Positions 1 through 8,997 of a stretch of 64,000 bases of DNA are shown piece after piece. Numbering within the stretch: position 1 is the first letter of the stretch; the number at the start of each line of letters is the position of its first letter. The DNA is from an uncultured delta proteobacterium (GTDB lineage Bacteria > Desulfobacterota > DSM-4660 > Desulfatiglandales > HGW-15), in NCBI GenBank assembly GCA_963815145.1, contig CAWFFS010000027.1:448751-512750 (forward strand). The letters are read 5' to 3'. The position numbers were made by a program, and so were the translations under genes. A model generated the notes under the pieces. That model did not search any database, was not told the origin of the DNA, and saw only the letters and a program-made list of their open reading frames with translations.

Positions 1-1219
1 CGGCATGATGGATACATTCCTTAATGTAGGAATAAATGAGGATATTGTACAGGGTATAATAGATATAACAGGAGAGGTCTGGTTCGCATGGGACTGCTAC
101 AGAAGATTCCTCCAGTCATATGGTATGGCATTCGGCCTGGACAGGAATGACTTTGATGATATCATTGCAAATGTGAAGGAAAGACTGAATGTCCAGCATA
201 AAATAAACCTTACCGGCGAACAGATGAGGGAAATCACCCTTGACTATAAGAGTTTCATAATCGGTCATGGTATAGATGTTGAAGAATCACCAATCAAACA
301 GCTTTATATCACCATAGGTAAAGTCCTGGAATCATGGAATACAACCAAGGCAAAGGCCTACAGGAAAATCATGAAGATTTCAGATGACTGGGGTACATCA
401 GTTACAGTCCAGTCAATGGTATTCGGGAATATGCATAAATATTCCGGCTCAGGAGTAGTATTTACACATAACCCGAGACTCTCAGGGGATCTTATAACTC
501 TCTGGGGAGACTATGCCATTGGCAACCAGGGTGAGGATGTTGTGTCAGGGCTTGTCAATACAATGCCAATCTCCAACCGACAGGCGGAAACAGAAAACAG
601 GGATATCAACGGCACATTGCAGAATTCTTTCCCGAACATTTACAATGCAATCAAGAACTGCGCAAAGGAACTCATATACGACAGAAACTGGAGTCCGCAG
701 GAAATGGAATTTACATTTGAATCAGGTGAAGAAGAGGACCTGTATTTTTTGCAGACGAGGGATATGGCGATAAGGCAGGGCAAGAAAGTTCTGTCTTTTG
801 TTGCAGGAACAAAAGAGGAAACAAGGTTTTTAGGACACGGCATAGGTGTCAGCGGAGGTGCCATGGCAGGTAAAGTGGTATTTAATCTTGAAGAAATAAG
901 AGCTTTCAGAACAAAAGAGCCCGATACATCGCTGATACTGGTCAGGGGAGATACAGTACCGGATGATATTCAGGAGATATTTGAGAGCGACGGCCTGCTT
1001 ACCGCCAGAGGGGGGTCTACCTCACATGCAGCCATTGTTGCACACAGGCTTGGAAAAACATGTGTTGTCGGAAGCCCCAACCTTGTATGTATGGAAAGAG
1101 ACAGTTCCTGCTCGCTTGATCAGATTCATCTCAATGCAGGTGACTGGCTCAGTATTGACGGCAGAGAAGGATCTATATATTCGGGGAAGATGGAAATCGA
1201 AGAAGTTGCAAGGAGGTAA
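1..1219 (+). CDS. Pyruvate,phosphate dikinase-like protein, 5'-truncated by the window edge. It has a nucleotide-binding domain and a phosphohistidine swivel domain but lacks the C-terminal PEP/pyruvate domain.
   Basis: The ORF is open to the window start (frame from nt 2). It begins inside the PPDK motif G-MMDTxLNxG. It contains QGEDVVSG and the phospho-His motif GGSTSHAAIVAHRLGK. The stop comes about 60 aa after that motif. Confidence 0.75.
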   Translation, partial: GMMDTFLNVGINEDIVQGIIDITGEVWFAWDCYRRFLQSYGMAFGLDRNDFDDIIANVKERLNVQHKINLTGEQMREITLDYKSFIIGHGIDVEESPIKQLYITIGKVLESWNTTKAKAYRKIMKISDDWGTSVTVQSMVFGNMHKYSGSGVVFTHNPRLSGDLITLWGDYAIGNQGEDVVSGLVNTMPISNRQAETENRDINGTLQNSFPNIYNAIKNCAKELIYDRNWSPQEMEFTFESGEEEDLYFLQTRDMAIRQGKKVLSFVAGTKEETRFLGHGIGVSGGAMAGKVVFNLEEIRAFRTKEPDTSLILVRGDTVPDDIQEIFESDGLLTARGGSTSHAAIVAHRLGKTCVVGSPNLVCMERDSSCSLDQIHLNAGDWLSIDGREGSIYSGKMEIEEVARR

Positions 1220-1222
1220 AAA

Positions 1223-2491
1223 ATGCAAAACGAAAATGTGCATGGAAATCAAAGTGATCTTATACTGGGTATAAATGGATTGGGAAGGATTGGGAAACTG
1301 GCTCTATGGCATCATGTCGGAAGAAAGTTTTTTAAAGAGATAGTAATCAACATGGGCAGAGCGGTAGGCACCTCAATGAATGATCTTGCCCATTATATCG
1401 AACGGGATTCCACCTACGGCTGGCTGCATGGGCATTTGCATGGATATAATGCGCAAAGTGTAATTTCAGACATTAATGAATCCAATGGATCCATGATTAT
1501 TGATGGAATAAAGGTTACTGTTTTAAGAGACACAAGGAACCCAAGAGAGATCAAATGGGAGGACCATGACGTTCGTATTGTCGTTGATGCTACAGGGAAA
1601 TTCCTTGACCCCACAAAACCGGGCGACAGCCCTGGCGGATCTGTAAGAGGTCATCTGGAAGCAGGTGCCCATAAGGTTATTGTATCGGCACCTTTCAAGA
1701 TAAAGGATAAAAGCCTTCCGATGCCTGAGGATGCAGTAACAACGGTCATGGGAATAAACGGAAATGTTTATGACCCGAGACGCCATAATATTATCTCGAA
1801 TGCATCATGTACCACCACATGTCTCGCGCATATGATCAAGCCTCTGATCGACAGTTACGGACCCAAACGGATACTGTCTGCATCAATGGCAACAATCCAT
1901 GCAATGACTGGATCTCAGGAAGTTCTTGATAAGCCGGCAAAAACAGGCGCAACTGATCTTAGAAAAACCCGCAGCGTAATGAATAATATTATTCTTACAA
2001 CAACCGGTGCAGCTAACACCCTCGGACTTGTGATACCTGAAATGAAACAGATAGGATTCATTGCAGAGTCTGTACGTGTTCCTACCACAACAGGATCTTT
2101 AATAATTCTGGTAATCAACCTGCAGGAGGATTCTTCGGGAGACCCCATAAGAAGGGATACAATAAACAAGATTTACAGGGATACGGCATCAAGTGATCCT
2201 CATAAATATCTTCAATATACGGACCAGCAGAACGTTTCAAGTGACATCATCGGTATGCCGAAAGCGGCCGCAATTATTGAAGCTCATGAAACCCATACAC
2301 GCACTGCCGATGTGGCCATTGATCTTAACAAGGTATCAGGAATCTCGGAAGAAATACTCAAAAAGATGGAACAAACATATGCAAAGGTGTCGATTACCCA
2401 GGCAGTTATTTATGGCTGGTATGATAATGAGTCAGGGAGTTATGTGAACATGCTGGGTGACAGGGTCGTATCCATTGCGGAAAATTTATAA
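1223..2491 (+). CDS. gap: Glyceraldehyde-3-phosphate dehydrogenase, atypically long form (422 aa)
   Basis: Motifs INGLGRIGK (Rossmann), catalytic SNASCTTTC and C-terminal WYDNE. It is about 90 aa longer than canonical GAPDH through internal insertions. It starts 4 nt after the upstream stop. Confidence 0.8.
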   Translation: MQNENVHGNQSDLILGINGLGRIGKLALWHHVGRKFFKEIVINMGRAVGTSMNDLAHYIERDSTYGWLHGHLHGYNAQSVISDINESNGSMIIDGIKVTVLRDTRNPREIKWEDHDVRIVVDATGKFLDPTKPGDSPGGSVRGHLEAGAHKVIVSAPFKIKDKSLPMPEDAVTTVMGINGNVYDPRRHNIISNASCTTTCLAHMIKPLIDSYGPKRILSASMATIHAMTGSQEVLDKPAKTGATDLRKTRSVMNNIILTTTGAANTLGLVIPEMKQIGFIAESVRVPTTTGSLIILVINLQEDSSGDPIRRDTINKIYRDTASSDPHKYLQYTDQQNVSSDIIGMPKAAAIIEAHETHTRTADVAIDLNKVSGISEEILKKMEQTYAKVSITQAVIYGWYDNESGSYVNMLGDRVVSIAENL

Positions 2492-2832
2492 CGTATAAAG
2501 GGCAATTTTCAATTAAATTATTGACTTTAATCTATATATTCATATAATTACTTTTTCTGGTGATCTGTCAGTCGATTTCACCATATTTTAATTAATATTA
2601 TCAGATAGTTATTTACTATCTTGCTATCTGCTAAAAACCATAAAAAGGGGGTGATTCCAATTAATATTATATGCGGCATAAAACTATCGGTTTTTTTTCG
2701 CATAATATCGGGATTTCCCTGCGTTGATATGCAGTTTAACAATGCTTTCAATGGGTTAACAGGCAGAGGTGAGGTAATATCAATATAAGTGAATATTACT
2801 GTTCAAATATAATCTGGCTTTAACAATATTGT

Positions 2833-2868
2833 AAGCATTCCAAATTATTACTGGAATGCTTTTTTTTT
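2833..2868 (+). terminator. Intrinsic terminator-like hairpin 45 nt upstream of rpsU
   Basis: Stem AAGCAUUCCA / UGGAAUGCUU with a 9-nt loop, followed by a U8 run. Confidence 0.6.
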
Positions 2869-2913
2869 GAGAAAAGGCAGATATTTCAAATTTATAAAAA
2901 AAAGAGAGAAAAT

Positions 2914-3108
2914 ATGAAAGTAATCGTACAGAACAATCAGATTGAAAGAGCAATAAAGGATTTAAAGAAAAAACTGACAAAAGAAGGGTTTTTCTCTGAA
3001 ATCAAAGAACGTCGTTTCTATGATAAGCCAAGCGTTCAGAAAAAGAAAAAACAGGCAAAGGCTGCAAAAAGACGCAGAAAAAGGATGAGGAAATTTCCTC
3101 GTTTTTAA
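2914..3108 (+). CDS. rpsU: 30S ribosomal protein S21
   Basis: 64 aa with a very basic C-terminus. MKVIVQNNQIERAIKDLKKKLTKEG...RRFYDKPS matches the S21 pattern. Confidence 0.9.
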   Translation: MKVIVQNNQIERAIKDLKKKLTKEGFFSEIKERRFYDKPSVQKKKKQAKAAKRRRKRMRKFPRF

Positions 3109-3140
3109 CCGGGTTCTATCTGTTAACCAACCGGGTCTGT

Positions 3141-3173
3141 AGGAATTCTCTTCTGTTTTTCAGGAGAATTCCT
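3141..3173 (+). terminator. Hairpin downstream of rpsU, a weak terminator candidate
   Basis: 10-bp inverted repeat AGGAATTCTC / GAGAATTCCT. The downstream T tract is poor. Confidence 0.4.
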
Positions 3174-3299
3174 TTCCGACCAGGGGCTGGGTCCGCATGG
3201 GTTTTTAAGGTCGTCTGTTAATCATCAAATAAGCATTTATCTGATTTTATCTTCACACGGATGAACACATTGATGAGAGGTTATTACAGGGCTTTTCCC

Positions 3300-3328
3300 T
3301 TGACAAAATATTGATGAGCAGGTAAATA
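3300..3328 (+). promoter_or_regulatory. Sigma70-like promoter candidate for the qrc-like operon
   Basis: TTGACA, 17-nt spacer, TAAATA. It lies about 60 nt upstream of the cytochrome c start. Confidence 0.35.
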
Positions 3329-3390
3329 CGCACGAATTATTAAACTCTTTCTTAAGAAAGCTTTTAACTAAACCCAAAGAGGATTAATAG

Positions 3391-4140
3391 ATGGCTAATC
3401 AAGAACATTCCTCCGGAAATTCATCCGGTGATGGATGGATTCAATCTCTTATACACTCGGCATTATCCTACTACGCAGGTCTGATTTCCAATCCTTTTAA
3501 AAGTGGACTCGCCTACTTTGCTGGCGGACTTATCGTTGCCCTGATTGTAGGGTGGGTGATTTTCCCAATGGTCCTGTATTCAAAACAGCAGCAGCCTGTC
3601 GATTTCAATCATGCACTGCATATGGATCCGAATATCGTCAGCAAGATAAAGGGAGTTAATATAAATTTTGGCAACACTGAGGCTGAAAGATGCCTTTTCT
3701 GCCATTCCTTCCGCGCTGATGGCAGTTTTGCAGGTATTCCCAAACTGGCCTTATGTGAAAAATGCCATGATGGCTCACTTCCTCCGCTGGGTGAATCCCC
3801 CGAAGAGGCGTTGTTTTTAAAGGACTACGTTAGAAAAGGGAAAGAAGTTCCATGGCTTATCTATTCAAAGCAACCTGACTGTGTTTATTTCTCTCACATT
3901 GCTCATGTAAAAAAGGGAGAAATGAAATGCAGGACATGTCACGGAGACCATGGTAAAACAATGACCCTGCCAACATATGAAAAGAACCGGATATCGGGTT
4001 ACAGCATAAACATCTGGGGGAAAAATATAGCAGGAATTAAAACAAACAGCTGGGACAGCATGAAAATGGATGACTGTGCAGCCTGCCATACTGAAAAAGG
4101 GCATGAAGAAGACAATGCCTGTTTTGTCTGTCATAAATAG
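3391..4140 (+). CDS. qrcA: Membrane-anchored pentaheme cytochrome c (QrcA-like)
   Basis: Five CxxCH motifs (CLFCH, CEKCH, CRTCH, CAACH, CFVCH) and an N-terminal TM helix. It is the first gene of a cytochrome / Mo-pterin-like / FeS / NrfD operon. Confidence 0.65.
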   Translation: MANQEHSSGNSSGDGWIQSLIHSALSYYAGLISNPFKSGLAYFAGGLIVALIVGWVIFPMVLYSKQQQPVDFNHALHMDPNIVSKIKGVNINFGNTEAERCLFCHSFRADGSFAGIPKLALCEKCHDGSLPPLGESPEEALFLKDYVRKGKEVPWLIYSKQPDCVYFSHIAHVKKGEMKCRTCHGDHGKTMTLPTYEKNRISGYSINIWGKNIAGIKTNSWDSMKMDDCAACHTEKGHEEDNACFVCHK

Positions 4141-4154
4141 TGAGGTTTATAAAT

Positions 4155-6605
4155 ATGAAATCTAATGGAAAAAACATTACCGAACTATTAGCCATAAATC
4201 GTAGAAATTTCGTAAAACTTGCCGTTGGTGCTGCCGTTGGTACAGGACTCTCGCCGCTTCCATGGAAACTGTTGGATGATAGTTCAATATTCTCCCAGAA
4301 TTTTCCATGGGTACCGGTCCCTGAAACCGGTGAGTTCACCAATGTAAAATCTAACTGTTCATTGTGCCCGGGTGGTTGTGGTATTGAAGTAAGGAAAGTC
4401 GGGAATAGAGCGGTTAAGATAGAAGGCCGAACCGATTCTCCTGTTAATCCTGGAGGGATATGCCCTCTGGGCGTGGGAGGCCTGCAACTCCTCTACGATG
4501 AAAACAACCGTTTTACAGGACCTATGAAGAGAAAAGGATCAAGAGGATCCGGAATATTTGAGCCAATCAGCTGGGATGAAGCCCTTAAGATACTGGCACA
4601 TAGGATTCTTGAGTTGAGAAACAAGGGAAAGGCATCCTCCATTGTTGCGGTTGACGGGAACCGGAACGGATCGACAATGTCTGTTATGATCGAAAGATTT
4701 CTCAAGACCATAGGAAGCAATAATTATATGACTATCCCGACAGCTGAGGATACCGCTTCTATTGCCTCCGGTCTTATGTATGGCTCGGACAACCCTGTAA
4801 GCTATGATCTCGAAAATTCGGATTTCATCCTTAGTTTCGGATGCGGTCTTCTCGAAGGCTGGGGGGCCCCCGGGCGTATCCTCAACGCATGGGGCATATG
4901 GAAATCAGTCGAAGACAGAGGTAAAGTAACAATTATGCAGGTAGAATCAAGGGCTTCCAATACTGCTTCAAAGGCAGATAAATGGATACCTGCAAAACCC
5001 GGAACCGAGACAGCCCTTGCCCTTGGAATAGCAAATGTAATTATCAGAGAAAATCTCTACGACAAGGAATTTATAAATAACAAAACGTTCGGATTTGAGG
5101 ATCATGGCAAATATAAAGGTTTCAGGGACCTTGTTCTGAATGCCTATACGCCGGAAAAAGTATCGGTAATTACAGGCGTAAAACCAGACGAAATAATTGC
5201 AGTAGCAAGGGCCTTTGCCAGGGCAAAATCACCTGTAGCCATATGCGGAAAGGGGAAAGGCCGGTTAAATGGGGATGTTTTCGAGTTCATGGCAGTCTAT
5301 GCGCTCAATGCCCTTACAGGAAACATTAATAAGCCGGGCGGTGTGTTAATCAGTAATCCTCTCCCGCTCAGCCCGCTTCCAGAGGCTGAAATTGATGATC
5401 TTGCAGCCGAATCATTAAAGGCACCCTGCCTGACAAACGTAGGAATTAAACTAGGCACAAGCTGCAACCGGTTCAATGCACTTACAGACAGCATTCTATC
5501 TGAAAAAACACAGACTGTTGACACTTTGCTGGTATTCTCTTCAAATCCTGCCTATACACTGCCGGATGGAGGAGACTTCTACCAGAGCCTTACAGAATTA
5601 CCGTTCATAGTCAGTTTCTCACCATACCATGATGAAACGGCTTTCATGGCAGACCTCATTCTCCCGGATCATACATATCTGGAAAAGACTGATGATATTC
5701 CATGTCCGGCATCTCTTCAGTATAATTTCTACGGCATGACTCAGCCTGTTATAGCGCCCCTCTATGACACGAAAAACAGTGGGGATGTGTTGCTTCGCCT
5801 GGCCGGCATAATAGGCGGATCGGTCGAGAAGTCGTTTCCCTGGAAAAACTATGAAGAGGTATTAAAGGTTAGGGCTCGGGGCCTTTTTGACAGCGGCGAA
5901 GGCACATTAAACTATAATCCTTCGGCCACGCCTTGGAAGCTTATAAAAAACGACACAAAAGTTAAGCCCGATTATTCAAGCTTCGACAATATGTGGGGAA
6001 GGCTTAAAAAAGGTGGAATTTGGTACAACCCCACATCCGGCATAAAACCGGGTAAGGACCTGTTCACAACTGAGAGCGGAAAATTTGAATTCTTCAGCAA
6101 CAGATTGAAATCGGCTTTTGAGACATCGTCGGAAAAACCTGAGCTTTCCGCCCCGGAAGAAATACTTTTCCTTCCCCATTTTGAACCAGGGGAAAAGGCT
6201 GAAGGTATATACCCCCTGAAAATGATACCTTATGAATTAATAAACCTTTCAAGCGGATGGCTTCCGGATCCGCCATATCTTTACAAGACTCTGTTTGATG
6301 ATCAGCTTCGGAAGGATGACTCTTTTGTAGAGATAAATCCGGCGACAGCCCGTAAATATGAATTAAAAGAGGGTGATAAAATAACAATCGCCTCCGAAAA
6401 AGGAAGTGTTGAAGCAAAGGTGCGCCTATTTGAAGGTGCAATGCCTGATGTAGTATATATGCCGATGGGATTCGGTCACACCGCGTTTGATGATTTTGTC
6501 AGAGGCAAGGGTTGCAATCCGAACAGTCTTATGGGCGCATACACAGATCCATTAAGCGGCCAAACCGCATGGTGGAATACTCCAGTAAGAATTAAAAAAG
6601 TATAG
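4155..6605 (+). CDS. qrcB: Molybdopterin-oxidoreductase-family large subunit with Tat signal (QrcB-like)
   Basis: Twin-arginine motif NRRNFVKLAVGAAVG and N-terminal FeS motif CSLCPGGCG. About 815 aa of MopB-family length and architecture. ATG at 4155 is preferred over GTG at 4140. Confidence 0.65.
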   Translation: MKSNGKNITELLAINRRNFVKLAVGAAVGTGLSPLPWKLLDDSSIFSQNFPWVPVPETGEFTNVKSNCSLCPGGCGIEVRKVGNRAVKIEGRTDSPVNPGGICPLGVGGLQLLYDENNRFTGPMKRKGSRGSGIFEPISWDEALKILAHRILELRNKGKASSIVAVDGNRNGSTMSVMIERFLKTIGSNNYMTIPTAEDTASIASGLMYGSDNPVSYDLENSDFILSFGCGLLEGWGAPGRILNAWGIWKSVEDRGKVTIMQVESRASNTASKADKWIPAKPGTETALALGIANVIIRENLYDKEFINNKTFGFEDHGKYKGFRDLVLNAYTPEKVSVITGVKPDEIIAVARAFARAKSPVAICGKGKGRLNGDVFEFMAVYALNALTGNINKPGGVLISNPLPLSPLPEAEIDDLAAESLKAPCLTNVGIKLGTSCNRFNALTDSILSEKTQTVDTLLVFSSNPAYTLPDGGDFYQSLTELPFIVSFSPYHDETAFMADLILPDHTYLEKTDDIPCPASLQYNFYGMTQPVIAPLYDTKNSGDVLLRLAGIIGGSVEKSFPWKNYEEVLKVRARGLFDSGEGTLNYNPSATPWKLIKNDTKVKPDYSSFDNMWGRLKKGGIWYNPTSGIKPGKDLFTTESGKFEFFSNRLKSAFETSSEKPELSAPEEILFLPHFEPGEKAEGIYPLKMIPYELINLSSGWLPDPPYLYKTLFDDQLRKDDSFVEINPATARKYELKEGDKITIASEKGSVEAKVRLFEGAMPDVVYMPMGFGHTAFDDFVRGKGCNPNSLMGAYTDPLSGQTAWWNTPVRIKKV

Positions 6606-6619
6606 ATGTGAGGCAGAAC

Positions 6620-7432
6620 ATGGAAAAAACAGAAACCCATGGACACAAATATGGAATGGCAATTGATCTGGACAAATGTACCGGATGCAGTACATGCATG
6701 GTCGCCTGTGCTTCTGAGAACAATGTTACAGTACGCCGCGATGAATCCGACAAGGAACGCAGTATTGCCTGGATGACACTTTATAAGATTAACAACGGTA
6801 AACCTTTTCCTGATACGGAAGTAAGCTACTTCCCAAGGCCATGTATGCAATGCGATGAAGACGGGCACGGTGGAGAACATTCGCCATGTGTATCTGTGTG
6901 TCCCGTCACCGCCACAAAGCTTGATCATCATACAGGGATTGTCTCCCAGATATACACAAGATGCGTGGGATGCAGATACTGTCAGGCAGCGTGCCCTTAC
7001 CATGCGAGATACTTTAACTGGTGGGATGGTTATTCGCTGGTCCAGCCTTTTGCGAAAGGAATGGAGAGGTCCCTTTCCCCGGAGGTATCTGTCCGCATGA
7101 GAGGTGTTGTGGAAAAATGTACTTTCTGCCATCACCGCCTGATGAGGGCAAAAAACAAGGCATATGCTGAAGGCAGAAAAGAACTCAGAGAAGAAGATTA
7201 TATTACTGCCTGCACCGAGGCCTGTCCGGCACAGGCCATCACATTCGGTGACCTTAGTAACCCTGAACATCAGGTTTCAAAACTGGCTAAAAGTGACAGG
7301 GCGTTCAGGCTTCTTGAACGATTGAACTCAAAACCAAAAGTGTACTACCTTTCATCAAAAGACTGGGTAAGAAAATTCGCGGATAATTATTTACCTGAAC
7401 AATTCAAGCCTGTCACAGAGAAAGTTATCTAA
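6620..7432 (+). CDS. qrcC: 4Fe-4S ferredoxin-type subunit (QrcC-like)
   Basis: Several cluster motifs: CTGCSTCMVAC, CMQC...VCP, CVGCRYCQAACP, CTFCHHR...CTEACP. Confidence 0.7.
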   Translation: MEKTETHGHKYGMAIDLDKCTGCSTCMVACASENNVTVRRDESDKERSIAWMTLYKINNGKPFPDTEVSYFPRPCMQCDEDGHGGEHSPCVSVCPVTATKLDHHTGIVSQIYTRCVGCRYCQAACPYHARYFNWWDGYSLVQPFAKGMERSLSPEVSVRMRGVVEKCTFCHHRLMRAKNKAYAEGRKELREEDYITACTEACPAQAITFGDLSNPEHQVSKLAKSDRAFRLLERLNSKPKVYYLSSKDWVRKFADNYLPEQFKPVTEKVI

Positions 7433-7447
7433 TGAGGAGGATATAGA

Positions 7448-8683
7448 ATGGATTCCGCTTTCATCCCGGAAGGAACAAAAAGATGCTCTACATCGAGTTT
7501 TTTCTTCTGGACTCTTCCATGGGTTCTGCTTCTTGCCTTTGGGGGTTTTTGTGCAGCACTGTGTCTGATCCTTGGGCTGAATCAAACCCATATGAGCAAT
7601 ATCTTCGCATTCGCTCTCTGGATAGTATTCGACCTTGCGGTAATAGCCCTTGGTGCCGGTGCCTTTTTTACCGGGTTTCTTACCTATATCATTAAAAAAG
7701 ATGAACTGAAAGATATTATCAACGCCGCAGTAATAATAGGTTTTATATGCTATTCAGGCGCAATGGGCCTGTTGGGCATTGATATTGGACAACCTCTCAG
7801 GGGCTGGTTTTTCTTCTGGCATTCGAATATTCATTCCATGCTGGTTGAAGTCTCATTCTGTATTTCCTGTTATCTCAGTGTCCTTGCAATAGAATATATC
7901 CCTATAATACTGGAAAACCGCAAGCTTGATAAGGTAAAGGATTTTCACTTTTTCGGGCACCATCTTCATCATATAATGGCAATTTTTGCCGCCACAGGTA
8001 CATTCCTTTCATTCTTTCATCAGGGTTCACTGGGTGGTATGTTCGGTGTCATATATGTAAGGCCCTTTGTGGCACGCGGTGGTTTCTATATCTGGCCATG
8101 GACTTTCTTTCTCTTCGTGCTCTCAGCCATTGCGGCAGGTCCCTGCTTTACAATCCTTTGCACAAAACTGACCGAGGCAATATCAAGGAAAAAGCTTGTC
8201 CCCGATAGTGCCACACAATTACTCGCAAAGATATCAGGCGGTCTGCTTGCCCTGTACATGGTATTGAAGATAGCGGATACAATTGGGTGGATATATGGCC
8301 TGCCACAGGCGGGTCAAGGCCTTACCGAATTCCTGAGGACCGGATATTATGGTAAGATGTTGCTTATCTTCGAGATAGGGATATTTGGAATAATTCCGAT
8401 GATTCTACTGTTGATTCCTGCGATCAGAAAAAATAAATTATGGCTGATAATTGCCTGTCTTATGAACTGTACAGGAATAATTCTTAATCGATATATTGTT
8501 ATAATTGGATCAGCGGCAATACCTGTAATGCCCTTTGACAGGTTATGGACTTATATGCCAACATGGCAGGAATGGGGAATATCACTGGGCATGATAGGAT
8601 ATGGAGTTCTTATATTTTCCATTTCATACAGATATCTGCCGGTTTTTCCGAAGGAAAAAGTATTGAATTCTTTAAAGGCTTAG
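7448..8683 (+). CDS. qrcD: NrfD/PsrC-family integral membrane quinone-interacting subunit (QrcD-like)
   Basis: 411 aa and polytopic, about 10 hydrophobic helices. AGGAGG RBS. Its position after the FeS subunit is typical of CISM/Qrc complexes. Confidence 0.7.
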   Translation: MDSAFIPEGTKRCSTSSFFFWTLPWVLLLAFGGFCAALCLILGLNQTHMSNIFAFALWIVFDLAVIALGAGAFFTGFLTYIIKKDELKDIINAAVIIGFICYSGAMGLLGIDIGQPLRGWFFFWHSNIHSMLVEVSFCISCYLSVLAIEYIPIILENRKLDKVKDFHFFGHHLHHIMAIFAATGTFLSFFHQGSLGGMFGVIYVRPFVARGGFYIWPWTFFLFVLSAIAAGPCFTILCTKLTEAISRKKLVPDSATQLLAKISGGLLALYMVLKIADTIGWIYGLPQAGQGLTEFLRTGYYGKMLLIFEIGIFGIIPMILLLIPAIRKNKLWLIIACLMNCTGIILNRYIVIIGSAAIPVMPFDRLWTYMPTWQEWGISLGMIGYGVLIFSISYRYLPVFPKEKVLNSLKA

Positions 8684-8721
8684 TTACAGTTTAACAAGCA
8701 ATGATTTATAGGAGATAGATA

Positions 8722-8919
8722 ATGACTCCCTTTTCATTTGAATGGCAATGGAACGTTGAATATTTTATTTTTTTTGGCTTTCTCTACCTTGCTCTTACAA
8801 TAGTAGGTTGCGGACTGCTATATTCTTTTATTAGAACATGGCTTGATTTAATGAAGGATAAAGAAGAAAAATCTTCATCCCAGAAAATCGATCAAAGGGT
8901 AAAATATACCGATTATTAA
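8722..8919 (+). CDS. Small single-TM protein, a possible accessory subunit of the Qrc-like complex
   Basis: 65 aa with a GGAG RBS 8 nt upstream and one hydrophobic helix. It is the last ORF before the operon terminator. Confidence 0.45.
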   Translation: MTPFSFEWQWNVEYFIFFGFLYLALTIVGCGLLYSFIRTWLDLMKDKEEKSSSQKIDQRVKYTDY

Positions 8920-8940
8920 TTAAATACCGCTCTTATAAAA

Positions 8941-8986
8941 GAAAACCCGATACCGGATTTCCGATATCGGGTTTTCTTTTTTTTTA
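8941..8986. terminator. Bidirectional intrinsic terminator between the qrc-like operon and nadB
   Basis: Stem GAAAACCCGAU / AUCGGGUUUUC, flanked by an upstream A tract and a downstream T10 tract. Confidence 0.7.
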
Positions 8987-8997
8987 TTTTATATTTT

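Noticed and set aside
6476-7270. Long antisense ORFs: 264 aa here, and also 27869..28540, 46608..47387, 47814..48293, 11987..12496 and 53619..54105
   Set aside because: Each lies entirely opposite a confidently assigned gene (qrcC, hisD-like, feoB, pilQ, znuA). They lack RBS and motifs and have junk-like composition, so I treat them as shadow ORFs.
3391-8919. Alternative complex III (ActABCDEF)
   Set aside because: The pentaheme cytochrome resembles ActA. However, the Mo-pterin-like and FeS modules are separate genes rather than a fused ActB. There is only one NrfD-like subunit and no monoheme ActE. The Qrc-type architecture fits better.
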